In this document: piece by piece, positions 37,751 to 52,540 of the stretch
Layout of the letters: each line of letters begins with the position of its first letter
How positions within the stretch are numbered: position 1 is the stretch's first letter
From: Octopus sinensis
Lineage: Eukaryota
Reading direction: 5' to 3'
Length of the DNA stretch: 64,000 bases
Assembly: GCF_006345805.1 (NCBI RefSeq)
Contig: NC_043002.1
Location: 44,702,001-44,766,000 of the forward strand
Notes under the pieces: model-generated
Databases searched by the model: none
What the model saw: only the letters and a program-made list of their open reading frames with translations
Told to the model about the DNA's origin: nothing
Translations under genes and position numbers: made by a program

Positions 37751-37960
37751 GTTAATCCAAACAAGAAAACACAGAAAAAAACACAGCAACGCGAGGACGT
37801 GGAACAATTAAAGTATTATTTGACGCTCAGGAAAGAAGGGAAGGAGGGTTTAACGTTTCAAGCGGAGCTCTTCGTCGGAAACAAAAGGAGAAGGAAGGTT
37901 CCCGAGAAGGGAAGACAGGGGAAAAAAATGTTTTTGCTGGTGGTGCTCAAGAGATCACAT
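37751..37960 (-). mobile_element. Family D repeat with HHR-like motif 37848-37882
   Basis: Minus strand GTTT-CCGACGA-A-GAGC(TCC)GCTT-GAAA-CG-TT-AAAC. Confidence 0.75.
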
Positions 37961-38046
37961 GTTGAAAAGAATAGAAGTTGAAAAGTATATATATATATTA
38001 TATATATATACGCATATATATATATATATTGTCACATATATATATT

Positions 38047-38118
<72 letters not shown>

Positions 38119-38169
38119 ATATATATTATAGATAGATAGACAGTGTAGTGTATATATGTGTGTGTATGT

Positions 38170-38370
38170 ATATGTATGTATGTGTGTTTTTGTGTCTGTA
38201 TTAATCCCCCGCCATCGCTTAAAAACAGATGTTGATTCGTTTACGTCTCAGTGAATTAGGTGTTTGGCGAAAAGAGACGGCTAGAACAAGTACTGACTCA
38301 ACCTGTCGAGCCAGGGCCCCGGCATGGCTGGAGTCCAGTGACGGATGCAGCTGAATATAAAAAAAAAGAA
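38170..38370 (+). mobile_element. SINE family B 3' half, diverged
   Basis: CATCGCTT..AAC.GATGTTG..TCGTTTACGTC...GGCGAAAAGAGAC...AGCATGGC/GGCATGGC tail. Confidence 0.55.
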
Positions 38371-38632
38371 AATATTATAGATAGAATGTATATACGTATG
38401 CATGTATATGAGTCCAGTCTGATTTTCTGCGGATATCTTCGTACGGTGTAGCAACTCAAGCATAGCAGGCCAGTGGATCGGCTTCAATAATTCGTGGACG
38501 CTTGTATATGTGTGTGCATGTATGTATATGAGCGTGTGGATTTATATGATTGTATGTATATATAACCATATATCAATGTAGGTATGTATGTGTGTATATA
38601 TACATATATATATATAATATATATATATATAT

Positions 38633-38939
<307 letters not shown>

Positions 38940-39347
38940 TGTGTGTGTGTATGTATAAACATAATATATATATTATATACACATATATTATATATATATA
39001 TGTATATATTATATATATAAATATTATACACACATATATATATATGTGTGTTTATGTATATACTCACATGTATAGAAATATATATATACTCACATAAAAT
39101 ACATGCATTCAAGGAGTTTTTTTAGCGATGTGCATCTCGACAAGCGTACGGACTTTTATGTTTATATTCATCCGTATATTCATCCGGTCTAATTTTTCAA
39201 ACGTTGTCTCCATTAACGAAAAAGCCGGTCTCCAGGCAAGAAATAAAACTCCATCCGTGAGATTAAGATTAAATCAAGCACGAAGTTTTTTCTTGATTAC
39301 ATGTATCTACGTATATATGTAGGCAGGAAGGTAGGTATTGTTATGCA

Positions 39348-39414
<67 letters not shown>

Positions 39415-39450
39415 TATATATATTATATATATACATACATATATATATAT

Positions 39451-39494
<44 letters not shown>

Positions 39495-39619
39495 GCATAG
39501 AGTAATCCCTGAATCTCGAGGCTATTACGTTCCAAAACCGCCTGTGTTATGCGAAAATCAACGAAGTAAGAACACTACTGTACTGTATATCTTTTTTCCG
39601 TTATTTTTATAATTTGCAT

Positions 39620-39930
39620 ATTACTCTTTTACTCTCTTTTACTTGTTTCAGTCATTTGACTGCGGCCATGGTGGAGCACCGCCTTTAATAGAGCAACTCG
39701 ACCCCGGGACTTAATCTTTTGTAAGCCCAGTACTTATTCTATCGGTCTCTTTTGCCGAACCGCTAAGTAACGGGGACGTAAACACACCAGCATCGGTTGT
39801 CAAGCCATGCTAGGGGCACAAACACAGACACACAAACACACACACGCATATTTATACATATATACGACGGGCTTCTTTCAGTTTCCGTCTACTAAATCCA
39901 CTCACAAGGTTTTGGTCGGCCCGAAGCTAT
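39620..39930 (-). mobile_element. SINE family B, 5' part interrupted
   Basis: TACTCTTTTACTTGTTTCAGTCATTTGACTGCGGCCATGGTGGAGCACCGCC...GACGGGCTTCTTTCAGTTTCCGTC. Confidence 0.9.
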
Positions 39931-39951
39931 TTATTTTATTATGGAATGGAA

Positions 39952-40321
39952 GCACTCCGTCGGTTACGACGACGAGGTTCCGGTTGATCCAATCAACGGA
40001 ACAGCCTGCTCGTGAAATTAACGTGTAAGTGGCTGAGCACTCCACAGACACGTGCACCCTTAACGTAGTTCCGGGGATATTCAGCGTGACACAGAGAGTG
40101 ACAGGCCGGCCCTTGGAAATACAGATACAACAGAAACAGGAAGTAAGAGTGAGAGAAAGTTGTGGTGAAAGAGTAGCAGGGATCACCACCATCCCTGCCG
40201 GAGCCTCATGGAGCTTTAGTTGTTTTCGCTCAATAACACTCACAACGCCCGTTCTGGGAATCGAAACCGCGATCCTACGACCGCGAGTTCGCTGCCCTAC
40301 CACTGGGCCATTGCGCCTCCA
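39952..40321 (-). mobile_element. SINE family A (OR-like), full length
   Basis: A/B-box head as at 11604-11914; different 3' half ending ...CGTCGTCGTAACCGACGGAGTGC. Confidence 0.9.
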
Positions 40322-40430
40322 CTATTTTTATTATAATGCAACCAACACCACGGGGAAATCGGCGTATAAACTTAAATAATAAACCGCGATACGGTGAGGT
40401 CACTGTATATTTATATATGTATATGATATA

Positions 40431-40480
<50 letters not shown>

Positions 40481-40488
40481 CAACCAAC

Positions 40489-40525
<37 letters not shown>

Positions 40526-41665
40526 ACTATGTATATATATATTATATCATATGCATGTATGTACTGTATGTTAGTCTGCATATTACTGCCTGACGATAGG
40601 TATGTGTTTCAACTTATGCATGTGTACATAACATATGTGTGTTTGTGTATGTGTGTGTATGTGTGTGTGTGTATGCATGAATGTATATGAGCAGATTTGT
40701 GCATTTTGTTTTATGTATATATTATCATGCATATGGTTGCGTGTTTAGACATACTTAAATGTATGCATGTATGTTTAGTATTATGCATGTATGTATGTAT
40801 GTATGTATGTATGTATACATGTATATGCTTGCATGGCTATACGTGTGTAAGACTACATAGTATCGTCTTAAATTCTCTACAAATACGTTACACATGTTTG
40901 CAGTTCCATTAATAGATCCTAATTGCAATGTAAATATGTATATATTTAAAAACAAATATGTGTAGGCACGTGTTCGTATAATTTCACGTTCTTGTGGGAA
41001 ATATATATATCACTTTGACAGAATAATATTCAGGTGTTTTTTTGCCTTTTTTGTATAACTATCCATCTATCAATATATTAGTTTATTTTTCCTGTCTATC
41101 TACCTGTCTACCTATGTATCTATCTATCAATCTATCTATCTTTCTTTTCCTCTCCCTCTCTCTCTATATATATTTATTTATTTACATATATATGTATATG
41201 TGCGTGAGCTTGTGTGTTCGTGTGTAGTGTAACGTGCGTGTGTATGTATGCTATGTGTGTACCTGTGTGTGTGTATGTGCGTGTGTGTGTTATAATTAAG
41301 TTAATATTTTCAACGAATTTTCTTAATAACAAAATTTTAAAAAACATTGACGAGTGAGTGACAGTATATTGAGAGTAGACTCGAATTTATTCTGAAAATC
41401 AAGTTGATTGGGACTTTCAGTTTCGACTATCGATTTATTCAATCAGTCGATAGGTGAAACTTGAAGTGTCAGCCAACTTATTTGCAATATGTCCTTGCTT
41501 ATTTGAGTAAGCGATATTTACATACAAAATACATATATACATACATACATACATGCATACAAACATATACATATTTATGTATGTATATGTTTATGTGTGT
41601 ATGTATGAATGTATCCATGTACCTATGTATCTATGCATATATGTGTATATGTGTGTGTATGTATC

Positions 41666-41742
<77 letters not shown>

Positions 41743-41751
41743 TATCAATAA

Positions 41752-41945
41752 TATAGGGTGAAATCAATTAATTAATTTAGAAATAATCATTAATTTCACC
41801 AAGTAGAGTTCGGTATGTAAAAGACCCATTCAAGGAAGGTTTAAGTAATACTAATTAAGTAAAAAGAATAGCCAAAACTTTTTGACAATCTATTTCTAAA
41901 TTCGGTATGTGGTGAGGCAAATCTCTGCTGAACCCTTAATTAATT
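41752..41945 (+). mobile_element. Solo Penelope-like pLTR fragment
   Basis: ATAGGGTGAAATCAATTAATT...TTCACCAAGTAG..TTCGG.ATGTAAAAG matches the reverse complement of ~19730-19826; ends with the CTATTTCTAAATTCGGTATGTGGTGAGGCAAA motif. Confidence 0.7.
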
Positions 41946-41947
41946 AG

Positions 41948-42031
<84 letters not shown>

Positions 42032-42768
42032 TATACATACATACACACGCACATCCGTATGTATATACACAATATATTAACAATTGTGTTATATGTGCGT
42101 ATGTTTGTGTCTGTTTGTTTATATGGATTTTCGATGCATTTATATGTATTTATACCGTCGTATGAGAATAAGGGAGAAATAAATATGAAAATGTGATGAA
42201 GGAGAATAAGAGTACAAAAGGAAGACAGAAACAGAGCGCGTAGTGAAGGCATGTCGATAAAAGATGTATACACGCGTTAAAATCATATATTTATTAATTT
42301 ATGTTGAGACGTATTTACGTGTCCATGTGCGTAAATCTATATAAACACATAAACACACACACACACATACATATGTACATACATACACACACACAAACAC
42401 ACATGCAAACATACACATACATACATACATACATACATACATACATACATACATACATACATACATACATACATACAACAACATATCGTGTGTACGTGTG
42501 TATGTGTGTGCGAGCGTGTGAGCGAGTATGTGTTTACAGATGTTTCATTAATTTTAGTTACGAAACTATTACGAAAATATTTGAAATATTAGAATCTTAT
42601 CTGTTAGAAAAGAGGAAATATCGATCGAAAAAGTTATGTAAACATCTATCGATATTTATTGCTGAAAAAACAGAGAAGCATTTAATACAATTACAGCAAG
42701 GAGAAAAATCATAAAACTATTTCTTTTCTTCTTCAGAAATGTCGATATAAAAGAACGTAGAGACTCAC

Positions 42769-42806
42769 CGCAAGAGTTGTGATATTGTTATTCCAATGTG
42801 AGCGAA
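42769..42806 (-). other. Candidate 38-nt micro-exon
   Basis: Minus strand CATTTTTACTTCAG|TTCGCTCAC...CTCTTGCG|GTGAGT; two open frames (FAHIGITISQLL; xRSHWNNNITTLA); no partner exon found. Confidence 0.3.
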
Positions 42807-44275
42807 CTGAAGTAAAAATGCTGTTACTTCTTACATGTTGATTTGGAGATTGGTAGTTCTATCGATTCCCTGCAACAGCTACCGCTGATGTTTTCTCTCT
42901 ACCGACCACTATCGCATCTCATCGATGATGTACTAAGGCATATTCGTTTTCTCTTTAAAATGTTAGTGTTATTTGCTGCTTTGTTTGCCACATACAACTT
43001 AATATTTTTTGTGTGTGAGTACGTGTGTGAGCGTGTCTTTTTCTTTTCTCCTAATAAACATTTATTCAGCGTATGATTTATTCACTGCAAGAAACAGTAT
43101 GAGTCTCTATAAAAGTTGCTTTCTTGTTCAAACTTATCACTCACCTACCGTCGTTTAAACGCATGTCCATCCCATGCAATTAAATGGGAATTTCCTTGAA
43201 TATTTCGTTTTTAGGCAAAACTTCATTAGTTAAAATTGTTGTAATAAGAATACACGTGAAAGGAATCATGTTTTTAGAGGCCAGGTGATGACAAATATGA
43301 TAGCATATGAATATCTGAAAGTTATAGAAAGTTTATCTGAATAAGTGTATCTGCTGCTGGTAATACAAGTGTATCTAATGATATGATGACATTCTATAAG
43401 CAGTGAAGCAATTGGTTCTCTCAGTTATATGATTTATAATATATTATTATATATTTATATAATTTGTTACGTTGCTTTTTCACGCCTACTCATATGAAAT
43501 AACATGTCATAGAGACAAATCATACACATAGTATGTTATGTGGGTGGTACCAGACATAATGATACGAGAAGGGATGGGCATTAAATTATCATATTGCCCT
43601 TTCAAATAATACTAATTCAAAAGTATACGACGGCATTTAAAAACACGATTATATTCTTAGTTATTTCTCCCAAAATATAGTTAGTCAATATTGAATAAAC
43701 TTTAATTATATCTTTAAGTATAATTTACCGCAAGGTCAAAATTCAGTTTTATTGTAACGTATGGTAGCAAATTAAAACTTCTTTTGCGAACCTCTGTGAT
43801 CTATGAACTGGGCAGAATGAGAATGCTGTATATTATAAAAGGGATTTCGTTAATCCAAAAGGAATTCCTGTAGTTTGCTTCATATCCCCCGAATTCTTAC
43901 TAGCTTCCTATTGATTGAACTAAAAGTTTTTGCATTACAAGATAAATTAAAATACGGAACGTAACAATCACGCTTTTCCCAAAAGTATCAGAGGCATAAG
44001 TGAAACGAAATGAATTCGATTAATTTGGGGATCGGGAAATTTATTTCTTTCGCTGAAGTACCCATACATAACACCTAACTAATTATTGACTGCATCCAGC
44101 AGCCAAGTTTCAAACGGCATTGTGAACAATTAAGTTCTGTGGTATTATTTCAGATTTTCGCCACAATTGTATGTAGGATAGGATTCGAGGAGTGTGACAC
44201 GTTTGCTTAAACTTCTAAACTTTATTACGGTTTTATACTGCAAGGTATATAAAATATACATTTTATATATATATT

Positions 44276-44320
<45 letters not shown>

Positions 44321-44401
44321 TGTGCTTATTTATGTGTTAGTAAATAAATATATATATATATATATATACATGAATATATATGTGTATGTGTATGTAGATA
44401 G

Positions 44402-44432
<31 letters not shown>

Positions 44433-44448
44433 TATACTTATGCGTATG

Positions 44449-44548
<100 letters not shown>

Positions 44549-44794
44549 ATATACTAACATATATGCATACAGTCACTAACATACACACGCACAGAAATAC
44601 TTAAAACATACCCTACGTCAATCTTATTTAATAACATTTCCAACTAATTTACCGGTAACTGGGTGAAATGAAGTATATAGAATACCGCCTGTCTAAAACT
44701 TTAGCGAAACACTTGCAGCATATCTAAGATAATATATACAAAGTGTGTGTGTGTGTGTGTGTATGTGTGTGTGTGTGTGCGTGTGTGTGTACAA

Positions 44795-45187
44795 GCTCAG
44801 TGTCTCCTACTATAGTCCCGAGCCGACCAAAACCTTGTGAGGGAATTTGGTCGACAGATACTGAAAAAAACCCGTTGTGTTTGTGTGTGTGTGTATGTGC
44901 GCGCGCATGTGTGTTTGTTTGTCCGCGCGCGCTTGTGTGTGTATGCGATCTTTGTGTCTATGCCTGGCCCCCATCACCCCTTGACAACCGGTGTAGATGC
45001 GTTTACGTCCCCATATCTTAGCGGTTCGGTAAATAGAATCCGATGGAATAAATACCAGGCTTAACCAAAATAATAGAACTGTTGTCAATTCATTCGAGTA
45101 AAACTTCTTTAAGGTGGCGACCCCCCTCCCGCCCCATGGCTTCAGTCTAAAGACTGAAACATGTAAATTATAAAAGATAAAGAATAT
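44795..45187 (+). mobile_element. SINE family B lacking its head
   Basis: GTGTCTCCTACTATAG...CCTTGTGAG...TTGACAACCGGTG...GACTGAAACATG..TAAAAGATAAAGAATA. Confidence 0.8.
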
Positions 45188-45403
45188 CTAACCAGTGATT
45201 ATCCAAATAAACAATATGTAATACAACTGTACCTAAATCAGTGTACATTATCATAAAAGAAAAACTGTTTTATGAAGAGTCAGAGCGTATCTGCAATTTG
45301 GGAACAAGAAATATTGGCAGAGAGTAAAATTTTAAACCTCTATCAAATCAAGTTGTGCACTTACCTACAAGAAAAATTGAAATGTCAAAATAAATGGATA
45401 CTA

Positions 45404-45977
45404 TTGGGTTATCCAGAAAGTTCGTGCCGATTTATAGCAGCTTACGTTTCGACTTATTTTAGAACATGGTTGAGTCCATGAAATAGGATTTGACTACACC
45501 GCCATTTTGAGCACAAGTTAAACTATCTTTTCATGGAAGGAGGTTTATATTCCTATATTCCTATATTCTGTGTTAATTCTGTAACCCTTTGAATTGGAAG
45601 GTAAGAACGTTCATTTTCGGCACTTGATGCTTTGGGTACCAGACAAAAATTGCTGCAGCTCGGCTGGGATGTGTTACCCCACCCTCCATATTCACCAGAT
45701 ATTGCTCCTTCGGATTTCCACTTATTCAGGTCTCTGTAGAATAGTCTTAATGATAAAAATTTCAATTCCTTGGATGACGTAAAAAGATACCTTGATGAAT
45801 TCTTTGCCATGAAACCAACTCAGTTCTGGGAAAAGGGTATTTTCAAGTTAAAGGAAAGATGGAGACGCATTGTGCAACAAAATGGTTCATATTTGGTTGA
45901 TTAGAAATGTAATGGCAAGTATTTATTGACCTTTCTCTTTCCTCTAAAAATCGGCATGAACTTTCCGGACAACCCAA
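45404..45977 (+). mobile_element. Non-autonomous mariner, sibling of 35135-35700
   Basis: TA|TTGGGTTATCCAGAAAG...CTTTCCGGACAACCCAA|TA; same internal deletion. Confidence 0.92.
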
Positions 45978-46689
45978 TATATAACCTAACTGCAGATGTG
46001 ACTATATTTAAATATCCAACATGAGTTCGTCTGAGGAGGGATACTAAATTTATCTACTCTGCTTATGTTAATTTGATATTTTATTGTCACCTGATATTTT
46101 ATTCCTGGATGTGTGCACGTTCATATAGCCTCAGATTATGTGTATATTGAGAAATAAGAAGATTCCAGAAAATCCCTTCTGGCATCAAGTGGATCGTAAA
46201 GTTGTTAGTATGTAATTAATGAAAATAAATACGTACTGCAGATAAGGGTTATTTGTCTTAAAACTAATGTTTCTGATTTTAAGAGTATCTTCCATAACCA
46301 GTTTCATCAAAACACATACATTTTCTTGACTTCATTTTATCTTCCATTTTGAATGCGTAAATTGTGGTTTCCTGAAGAAACTACAACTTTTTTGAAAAAT
46401 AATAGCTTACTGGTTATAAATTATGATGGATGTTTAGAATTGTTCATACTATTATAACTATAGATTAGATAGCAAAATTCTTGTTAGATATTCTATTTGC
46501 CAATTTGAAAATCCCTCATTTGAAAGTTTCAACTTAATTAGTTCGTGACGTAAACTAAATATCTTAATGATTGTAGCAACAAAAATAAAGACTAAACATA
46601 AAACTAAAAGTCCAGTTTCTCAATCGCAAATGCTTTGTCTTTGGCTGACTTCTAAATAGTCACATCTGCAGTATAGAGTAGCCAATTTC

Positions 46690-46882
46690 CAAGGGAGTAC
46701 TAAAAGGTTCCTGGCTTTGGATAAAACAAAAATAAAGGAAAATCAGTTAGTTACGATTTATTCAACAAATTCTCCTCTCAGACTCTCATATTTATTGCAG
46801 CAGTCGTTCAGTCTTTCTAAGCCCTGTAAAAGAGCTCGAAAGGCCTGTAAAAGAACTCCAACCAGGAACTTTCAGCACCCCG
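46690..46882 (-). mobile_element. Short mariner-derived MITE
   Basis: Inverted termini AGGGAGTACTAAAAGGTTCCTGG / CCAGGAACTTTCAGCACCCCG; minus strand GLERLNDCCNKYESLRGEFVE* (mariner C-terminus). Confidence 0.65.
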
Positions 46883-46894
46883 AATGGCCTCCGC

Positions 46895-47075
46895 AGATAT
46901 CGGTGGAGGTTATAACGTTATCCGTGAAGCGTAGACTGCAGAGACTCAGTGAGGAATATCGCTTGTGGCCGGGCGACGCCGACTCGGAACCCGCCTTGGT
47001 CTTGAATGAGGCGTGAGTGATGACGGAGTATACGGGTACAAGCGATGTTGGGGAGGAATAGTGACAAGAGGTTGA
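46895..47075 (-). mobile_element. Small LINE RT fragment
   Basis: GC-rich patch; minus strand LIQDQGGFRVGVARPQAIFLTESL resembles the RT motif Q.GFR.G.S...Q. Confidence 0.3.
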
Positions 47076-47965
47076 AAAGCCTCAGTGTCATAATGTTTAT
47101 TGAATAATGTTTAATATTTATTGTATGTTATTGTATTTAAGAGGCTTAACGCCCCAATTTTTAAATGGACTATTAAGTCCAATAATTGTAAAATTGAAGA
47201 GGTTCAATACTTAATTTTGTCTTTTTTCTGTGGAAAAAAAATAGGGAATAATGTTTTAGAGAAGCAAAATATCGGCGGGCGTTTTTTGTCTTCTCCCATT
47301 AATATCATACTTTTTTCATCATTCACCTCATCAAAGTTTTTGTCCAGCCAGCAATAGAAAAACGATTTTATTCACACAAATATGCAACCGAAGAGTTTAA
47401 AGTACCAGCAATGATAAGGCTGTTGACTGGGAGAACACAAACATGGTGTAAACAGTAAGCTTGGCAGGAAAAAACGTGCCTTTAAGGAGTACAAAAACAA
47501 TAAAAAATGAAAGATGCAATTATGTACAGGTTGATGGAAGAAAAGCAGGAAAAAACGGTTTTATCGATCGCATTCTGACCTGGAATCGATTTTTGAAGAC
47601 TTATACACGCCCTGATACCGTCAGTATCTACATATCAAATTTGAGCGCAATCGGATGGAGGATGCCCGAGATCCGAGAAGACACACACACAGACAGACAG
47701 AGAGAACGGATCTTATACAAGAGATATTTATATTTCCCAGGAAAACGAAATTCGGACGTGTGCGAACTACGCGTCTGTAGTAACAGCCTCGAACTGGCGC
47801 TTCCTAGAGGGGCAAAAAGTTTTCCACGTTTTTATGAAGTGTGACATAACTTCTCGCCTAGAGGATTTTGCCCACACGGCTTTAATTTTAGAGGAAAAAT
47901 AAAGTTCGATACATTTTGAACGGACCTTGTGTATATAAAGTATATGTGTGTGTGTGTGTATGTAC

Positions 47966-48002
<37 letters not shown>

Positions 48003-48659
48003 CCTTACAAGTGTTCATGTACATTAATTATCTTTACATGTCTATAAAAATGTATTTACAGGCATAAATATGGTTATCTGACTATTTACTAGTTGGTAAG
48101 ATTTTCGAATACAAAAAATAAAAAATAAAATATCATTGAAGCTATACGATGCTTTTTCTAAGATATCTACATAATGTTGCCTATCAGGAATTATATGTGG
48201 TCGCATTTAGAAGCCAATATTTCAACTGACATTTAGATATATGAATTTTCTTTTGTAATTTAGAATGCAGTCTCCGTTAAATTTGTTTCCTGCTAAATTA
48301 ACTTTACAGCGTTATATTTTTAACATTATGCGCAATGTTTCTCTGGCCGTATTTCTACAATATACATGCTACACTAATTTAAGAACAAATATTAAATTAA
48401 AGCAAATACATTCTAGTAAGATTCAGAAAAGCTTTTAAAGAATATCTTGTCTTAAGTATGTGAAGTAAAAAGGGCTTTATCAATATCAGACGTCACATTA
48501 TTTTGACATCAATTCAACTGTTGAAAATCATAAGAGAGTTTCTAATTATCTGAGAATATTATACAAATATCCATAATGATAACCTTTTGTCAAAAACATG
48601 ATTATTACTACGCGCGCACAAACATATACACACACGTAAATACATAATGCATGTGAATG

Positions 48660-48712
<53 letters not shown>

Positions 48713-49614
48713 TATACGAGTGAGTAGACAAAAGAAGAAAGAGCACTCAAGCAGTTCATTGGGAATTACACGTATAGATCAAAAGAGTTTGATTCAAATT
48801 CATTGCACCAAGGTCACCGCTATCAACCACCCCCTTGTGCAGGATCGCCATTTACCAATCCCCAACGTTTACCAATCTTCAACGTATACAAATTACCAAC
48901 GCTTACCAATCCCCAACGCTTGTTTTGCGCGCGTATCCTCGCGCACGCCCTCATGCGAATGCACATGTGCAAGCGCATGCCTGTGTGTGCGCGCACCGGT
49001 ACGCATGCAAATATTCATATGTACATGTGAATGAATACGCATGTGTGTATGTATGCGCGTATGTGCGTACATGTGTGCGTATGCATGTGTTTGTGCGTGT
49101 GCGTGCGTATGTGCGTGTTAGTCTAGCCGTGTGTATGTGCGTGTGTCTGTGTCTGTGTGTGTGCAGACGTGTGCATGCGTGGCCATGTACAGATGCGGAC
49201 ACTCGCTTCAATATACACATACACGTAAAACTATATGAGCTCGCCTACATACCCACATATAGAACTGTATACTGCACATGCCACGTCTTCCTACTTCTCC
49301 CCCGCCAAAAAACCTAACCGGTTTCTGATCGCCATCTTGCCTATTTCCTGTCCTCTACGCGGACAATTTCCAGTTCGCCATGTGGTATTTTCCAAATAAT
49401 TGTTACCCATACAAAAAAAAATTCAAACCACAACACCGCATGACTTTTCTCAACCAATCGCATCCCACCTTACGGTGATTACCACCAACTCCTGTCATTC
49501 AAATTCAAAATGGCTAACGACTAGCATCACACTTGAAGCTCAAGTGTACCAACGAATGTGAATCAAACTGTTTTGGTCCATACGTACATGTGTGTGTTTG
49601 TGTACATATAATAT

Positions 49615-49801
49615 AATCCTTTCTACTATAGGCACAAGGCCTGAGGTTTTGGGTAGGCGACTAGTCGATTACAACGAACCCATAATTTCACTGGTACTTA
49701 TTTTATCGACCCCGAAAGGATAAATGGCAAAGTCGAACTCGCTAAGCAATTCGCTAAGCATTTCGTCCAGCGTGGTGACGACCCTGCCAGCTCGCCGCCT
49801 T
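49615..49801 (-). mobile_element. SINE family C, internally deleted
   Basis: CTGGTACTTATTTTATCGACCCCGAAAGGAT...CTGCCAGCTCGCCGCCTT. Confidence 0.8.
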
Positions 49802-51662
49802 GTGTACATATAATATAGTAAAATACAATATAATAATTGGATTTAAAGAATCGCGCAGACCCACCATAAGCACTCCAGACGCGGACTCGGCTATCCGTTT
49901 GCGTAGATAATTAAATTCCAGTTTAATCCAACTTGACTGTTCTTGACTGAAAAACCGGGGACGATACTAATTCATTATGTAAATGTAAGTGAATTATGAA
50001 ACAGCATCATGAATAGTTTCCTTGTCTATATATATATAATAGTGAGAAAATGTGTGTCTGTGTGTGTGTGTCTGTGTCTGTGTCTGTGTGTCTGTCTGTC
50101 TATCTGTATGTGTGAATCACTAAAATTCAAGAAGTACCCAACGGATTTTAATCAAATTCTACATATGCATTACTTAGGGTCCATGGAGTGTCATGAGCAA
50201 ACACTGTTCCACTTCTTGCCTAATGCGAGCCCGGAGCAATCTTTTAGACTGGTGCGGTATTACGTGTCAAAAGTGAATATTGTTTCACTTTTATTCTTTC
50301 ACCTTTAATTCTAATGTGATAACACTCAGCCCCTGGTATATAAAGATATTCATTTACCGTTCAATTAACAGTAAATAATTATCGCAGCAGTTGTAAGGTT
50401 GCAAAGTATTTACAGTTACATATTAACCCTTAAATTAACATTTAATATATGTGATTAAGATATATATATATATTAAGAAATTTATCTATGATTATTGTGA
50501 CATTTACCGTTTGATTAGAAGTTCGTACATGTGCTTCTATTAGGTTAATCTATATGTATCAAACGGCTCCACCAAATCAAATAGTATCACACCCCACAAG
50601 TGTCAACATTTAATTGTTTTTCATTTCGATTAAAACAATATGAAATTTTATAGAGACAATCTTTCTATAGTCAAATATAGTAAAGAAATTTATACCACGA
50701 CGACCACGACAACGTCACTTTTTGTATATGAGTCTCTATGTGTCTATGAGTGTATGAGTGTGCATGTGTCTTAGTGCGTGCGTGTGTGTTTCTGCATTAA
50801 GGACGTTATTCAACACACACATACCTATACATATGTGACGCCTGACATGTGTGAATATATGTCTTCGTGTGTCTCTCTGGCTATATAGTGTTACACCCCA
50901 CGACTCTCAATAAGTATTTTTTTCATTTCCTTTAAATTAATATAACATTTCATAGGCATAATATTTTCATAGTCAACTATAGTACAGGACATACTATATG
51001 AAAGTGTATGTGTCTGTGTGTGTGTGTCTGTGTGTGAGTGTCTGTGTGTTTGCGCGATCGATAGATATGAAATAGTAAAGGATATGTTATACCACGACGA
51101 CCGCGACGTCACACTTTGTATATGAAAATGTATGTGTCTGTGAATGAATGAATGTGTGTGAGTGTGTATGTCTCTGTGACTGTGTGTGTTTGTGTTATTA
51201 AACATGCACACACATTTACACATGCATATACATATGTCACGACTGACATGCGTGAATGTATAACTGTATGAATCTCTCTCACTATATGTATGTGACTGTA
51301 TGTGAGAGTGTATACCTGTGTATTATCACATTTTGTATATGTATGTGTATGTGTCTGTGAGTGTGTGAGTGTTTGCGCGTTCATTATGTACGTTAATAAA
51401 CACATAAACATCTACACATACATATACACATGTGACGAGAACAGCTGGAGATGAAACTCTCAGCAAAAAACAAACAATTCGATGGCATGTCCAAGGTATA
51501 TAAAAATACCCTACTGCCGTTCGATTACCAGGTCATAGTTAGCGTAGCTGTTGCAAGGTTGCAAGTTATTTACAATTAGCTTATGTTTGATTAATTTACA
51601 CTGCATACAAAAATATAGATATACTACATACAACTGCTTACAAAAATAGAGATTAATGTATA

Positions 51663-52179
51663 TCTATATATATATAACTGTAGTTGTGTGAGTGTCTGTC
51701 TCCTACGATTTAGATTCCTAACTCCTCCCACATTTTGCGGTGCAGTTTAACCAAATTCGGGTATCTTATAGTCGTGATTAATATCGAGCCCGTCTGGCTA
51801 TTAGCGCGCGTCTACGATGAGTCTACGATTTTAAAAATAATTTAACATCATTTTTTATTCCATTTTAATGCATAATTTTTCGTGTGTCGATGGCGGCGGA
51901 GTTGGCGTCCACGCTCAAACACCTGCACCTGTGTTTGCTTCTCCCCCTTCTTCCCTCCCTCGTGAAGCTGTGGGGAAGGGAGTTTAAGGAAATCAACGTC
52001 GTAATGCGTTGTCAAGGAGACCAGCGTTCTTTTAGAACAACGACTTCATGGCTTGAAGACACCAAAACAGAAATAGCTAAGAAAGCCCGAATTGGCATCT
52101 ATAAAGGAAGTAACTCTCTAAAAATGCTTATATAGTTATTTCCCTTACAAACCCGAGCAACGCCGGGCGATACTGCTAG
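51663..52179 (+). mobile_element. Non-autonomous Helitron, 517 bp
   Basis: A|TC start; hairpin CCCG-AGCAACGC-CGGG at 52152-67; CTAG|T end; A^T insertion site. Confidence 0.8.
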
Positions 52180-52227
52180 TTTTCTCTATATTCATAATTG
52201 TTTTTATTACAATATTGAACAAAAAAT

Positions 52228-52540
52228 ATGCCACCAAATAAAAAACTGAAGGCAAGACTCTCAGGAGATAAGGGACATGAGACTTTCTCAAGATCAGCAA
52301 AGGCATACTGCAACATATCAGACGGAGTCACAAGAGTGAAGGGAAACAAGGCTTTCTGAAGACCCACAGCACGTCAAATAGAGAAGGGAGATGAGCCTGT
52401 CTCAAGATCCACAGCACGTCAACTAGAATTTCAAGAGAGAAGGGAGATGGCATTTTCTGAAGATCAAGATCAGCAAATGCATGCTGCAGCCCGTCTGATG
52501 GAGTCTCAAGAGACAAGGGAGATGAGACTTTCCCATCAGC
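52228..52540 (+). pseudogene. Degenerate Helitron ORF N-terminus with 23-aa STPR-like repeats
   Basis: MPPNKKLKARLS then, after a frameshift, SQEIRDMRLSQDQQRHTATYQTE / SQE*RETRLSEDPQHV / ...HAAARLMESQETREMRLS; 69-bp period (52259 to 52328). Confidence 0.6.

Larger units (their letters stand above)
39500..40405. mobile_element. pogo/Tigger-like MITE split by nested SINE insertions
   Basis: TA|GAGTAATCCCTGAATCTCGAGG left and CCGCGATACGGTGAGGTCACTG|TA right are degenerate inverted termini. Confidence 0.4.

Noticed and set aside
48845-48925. TTACCAATCCCCAACG short tandem repeats
   Set aside because: Real but only about four degenerate units with no assignable element or function
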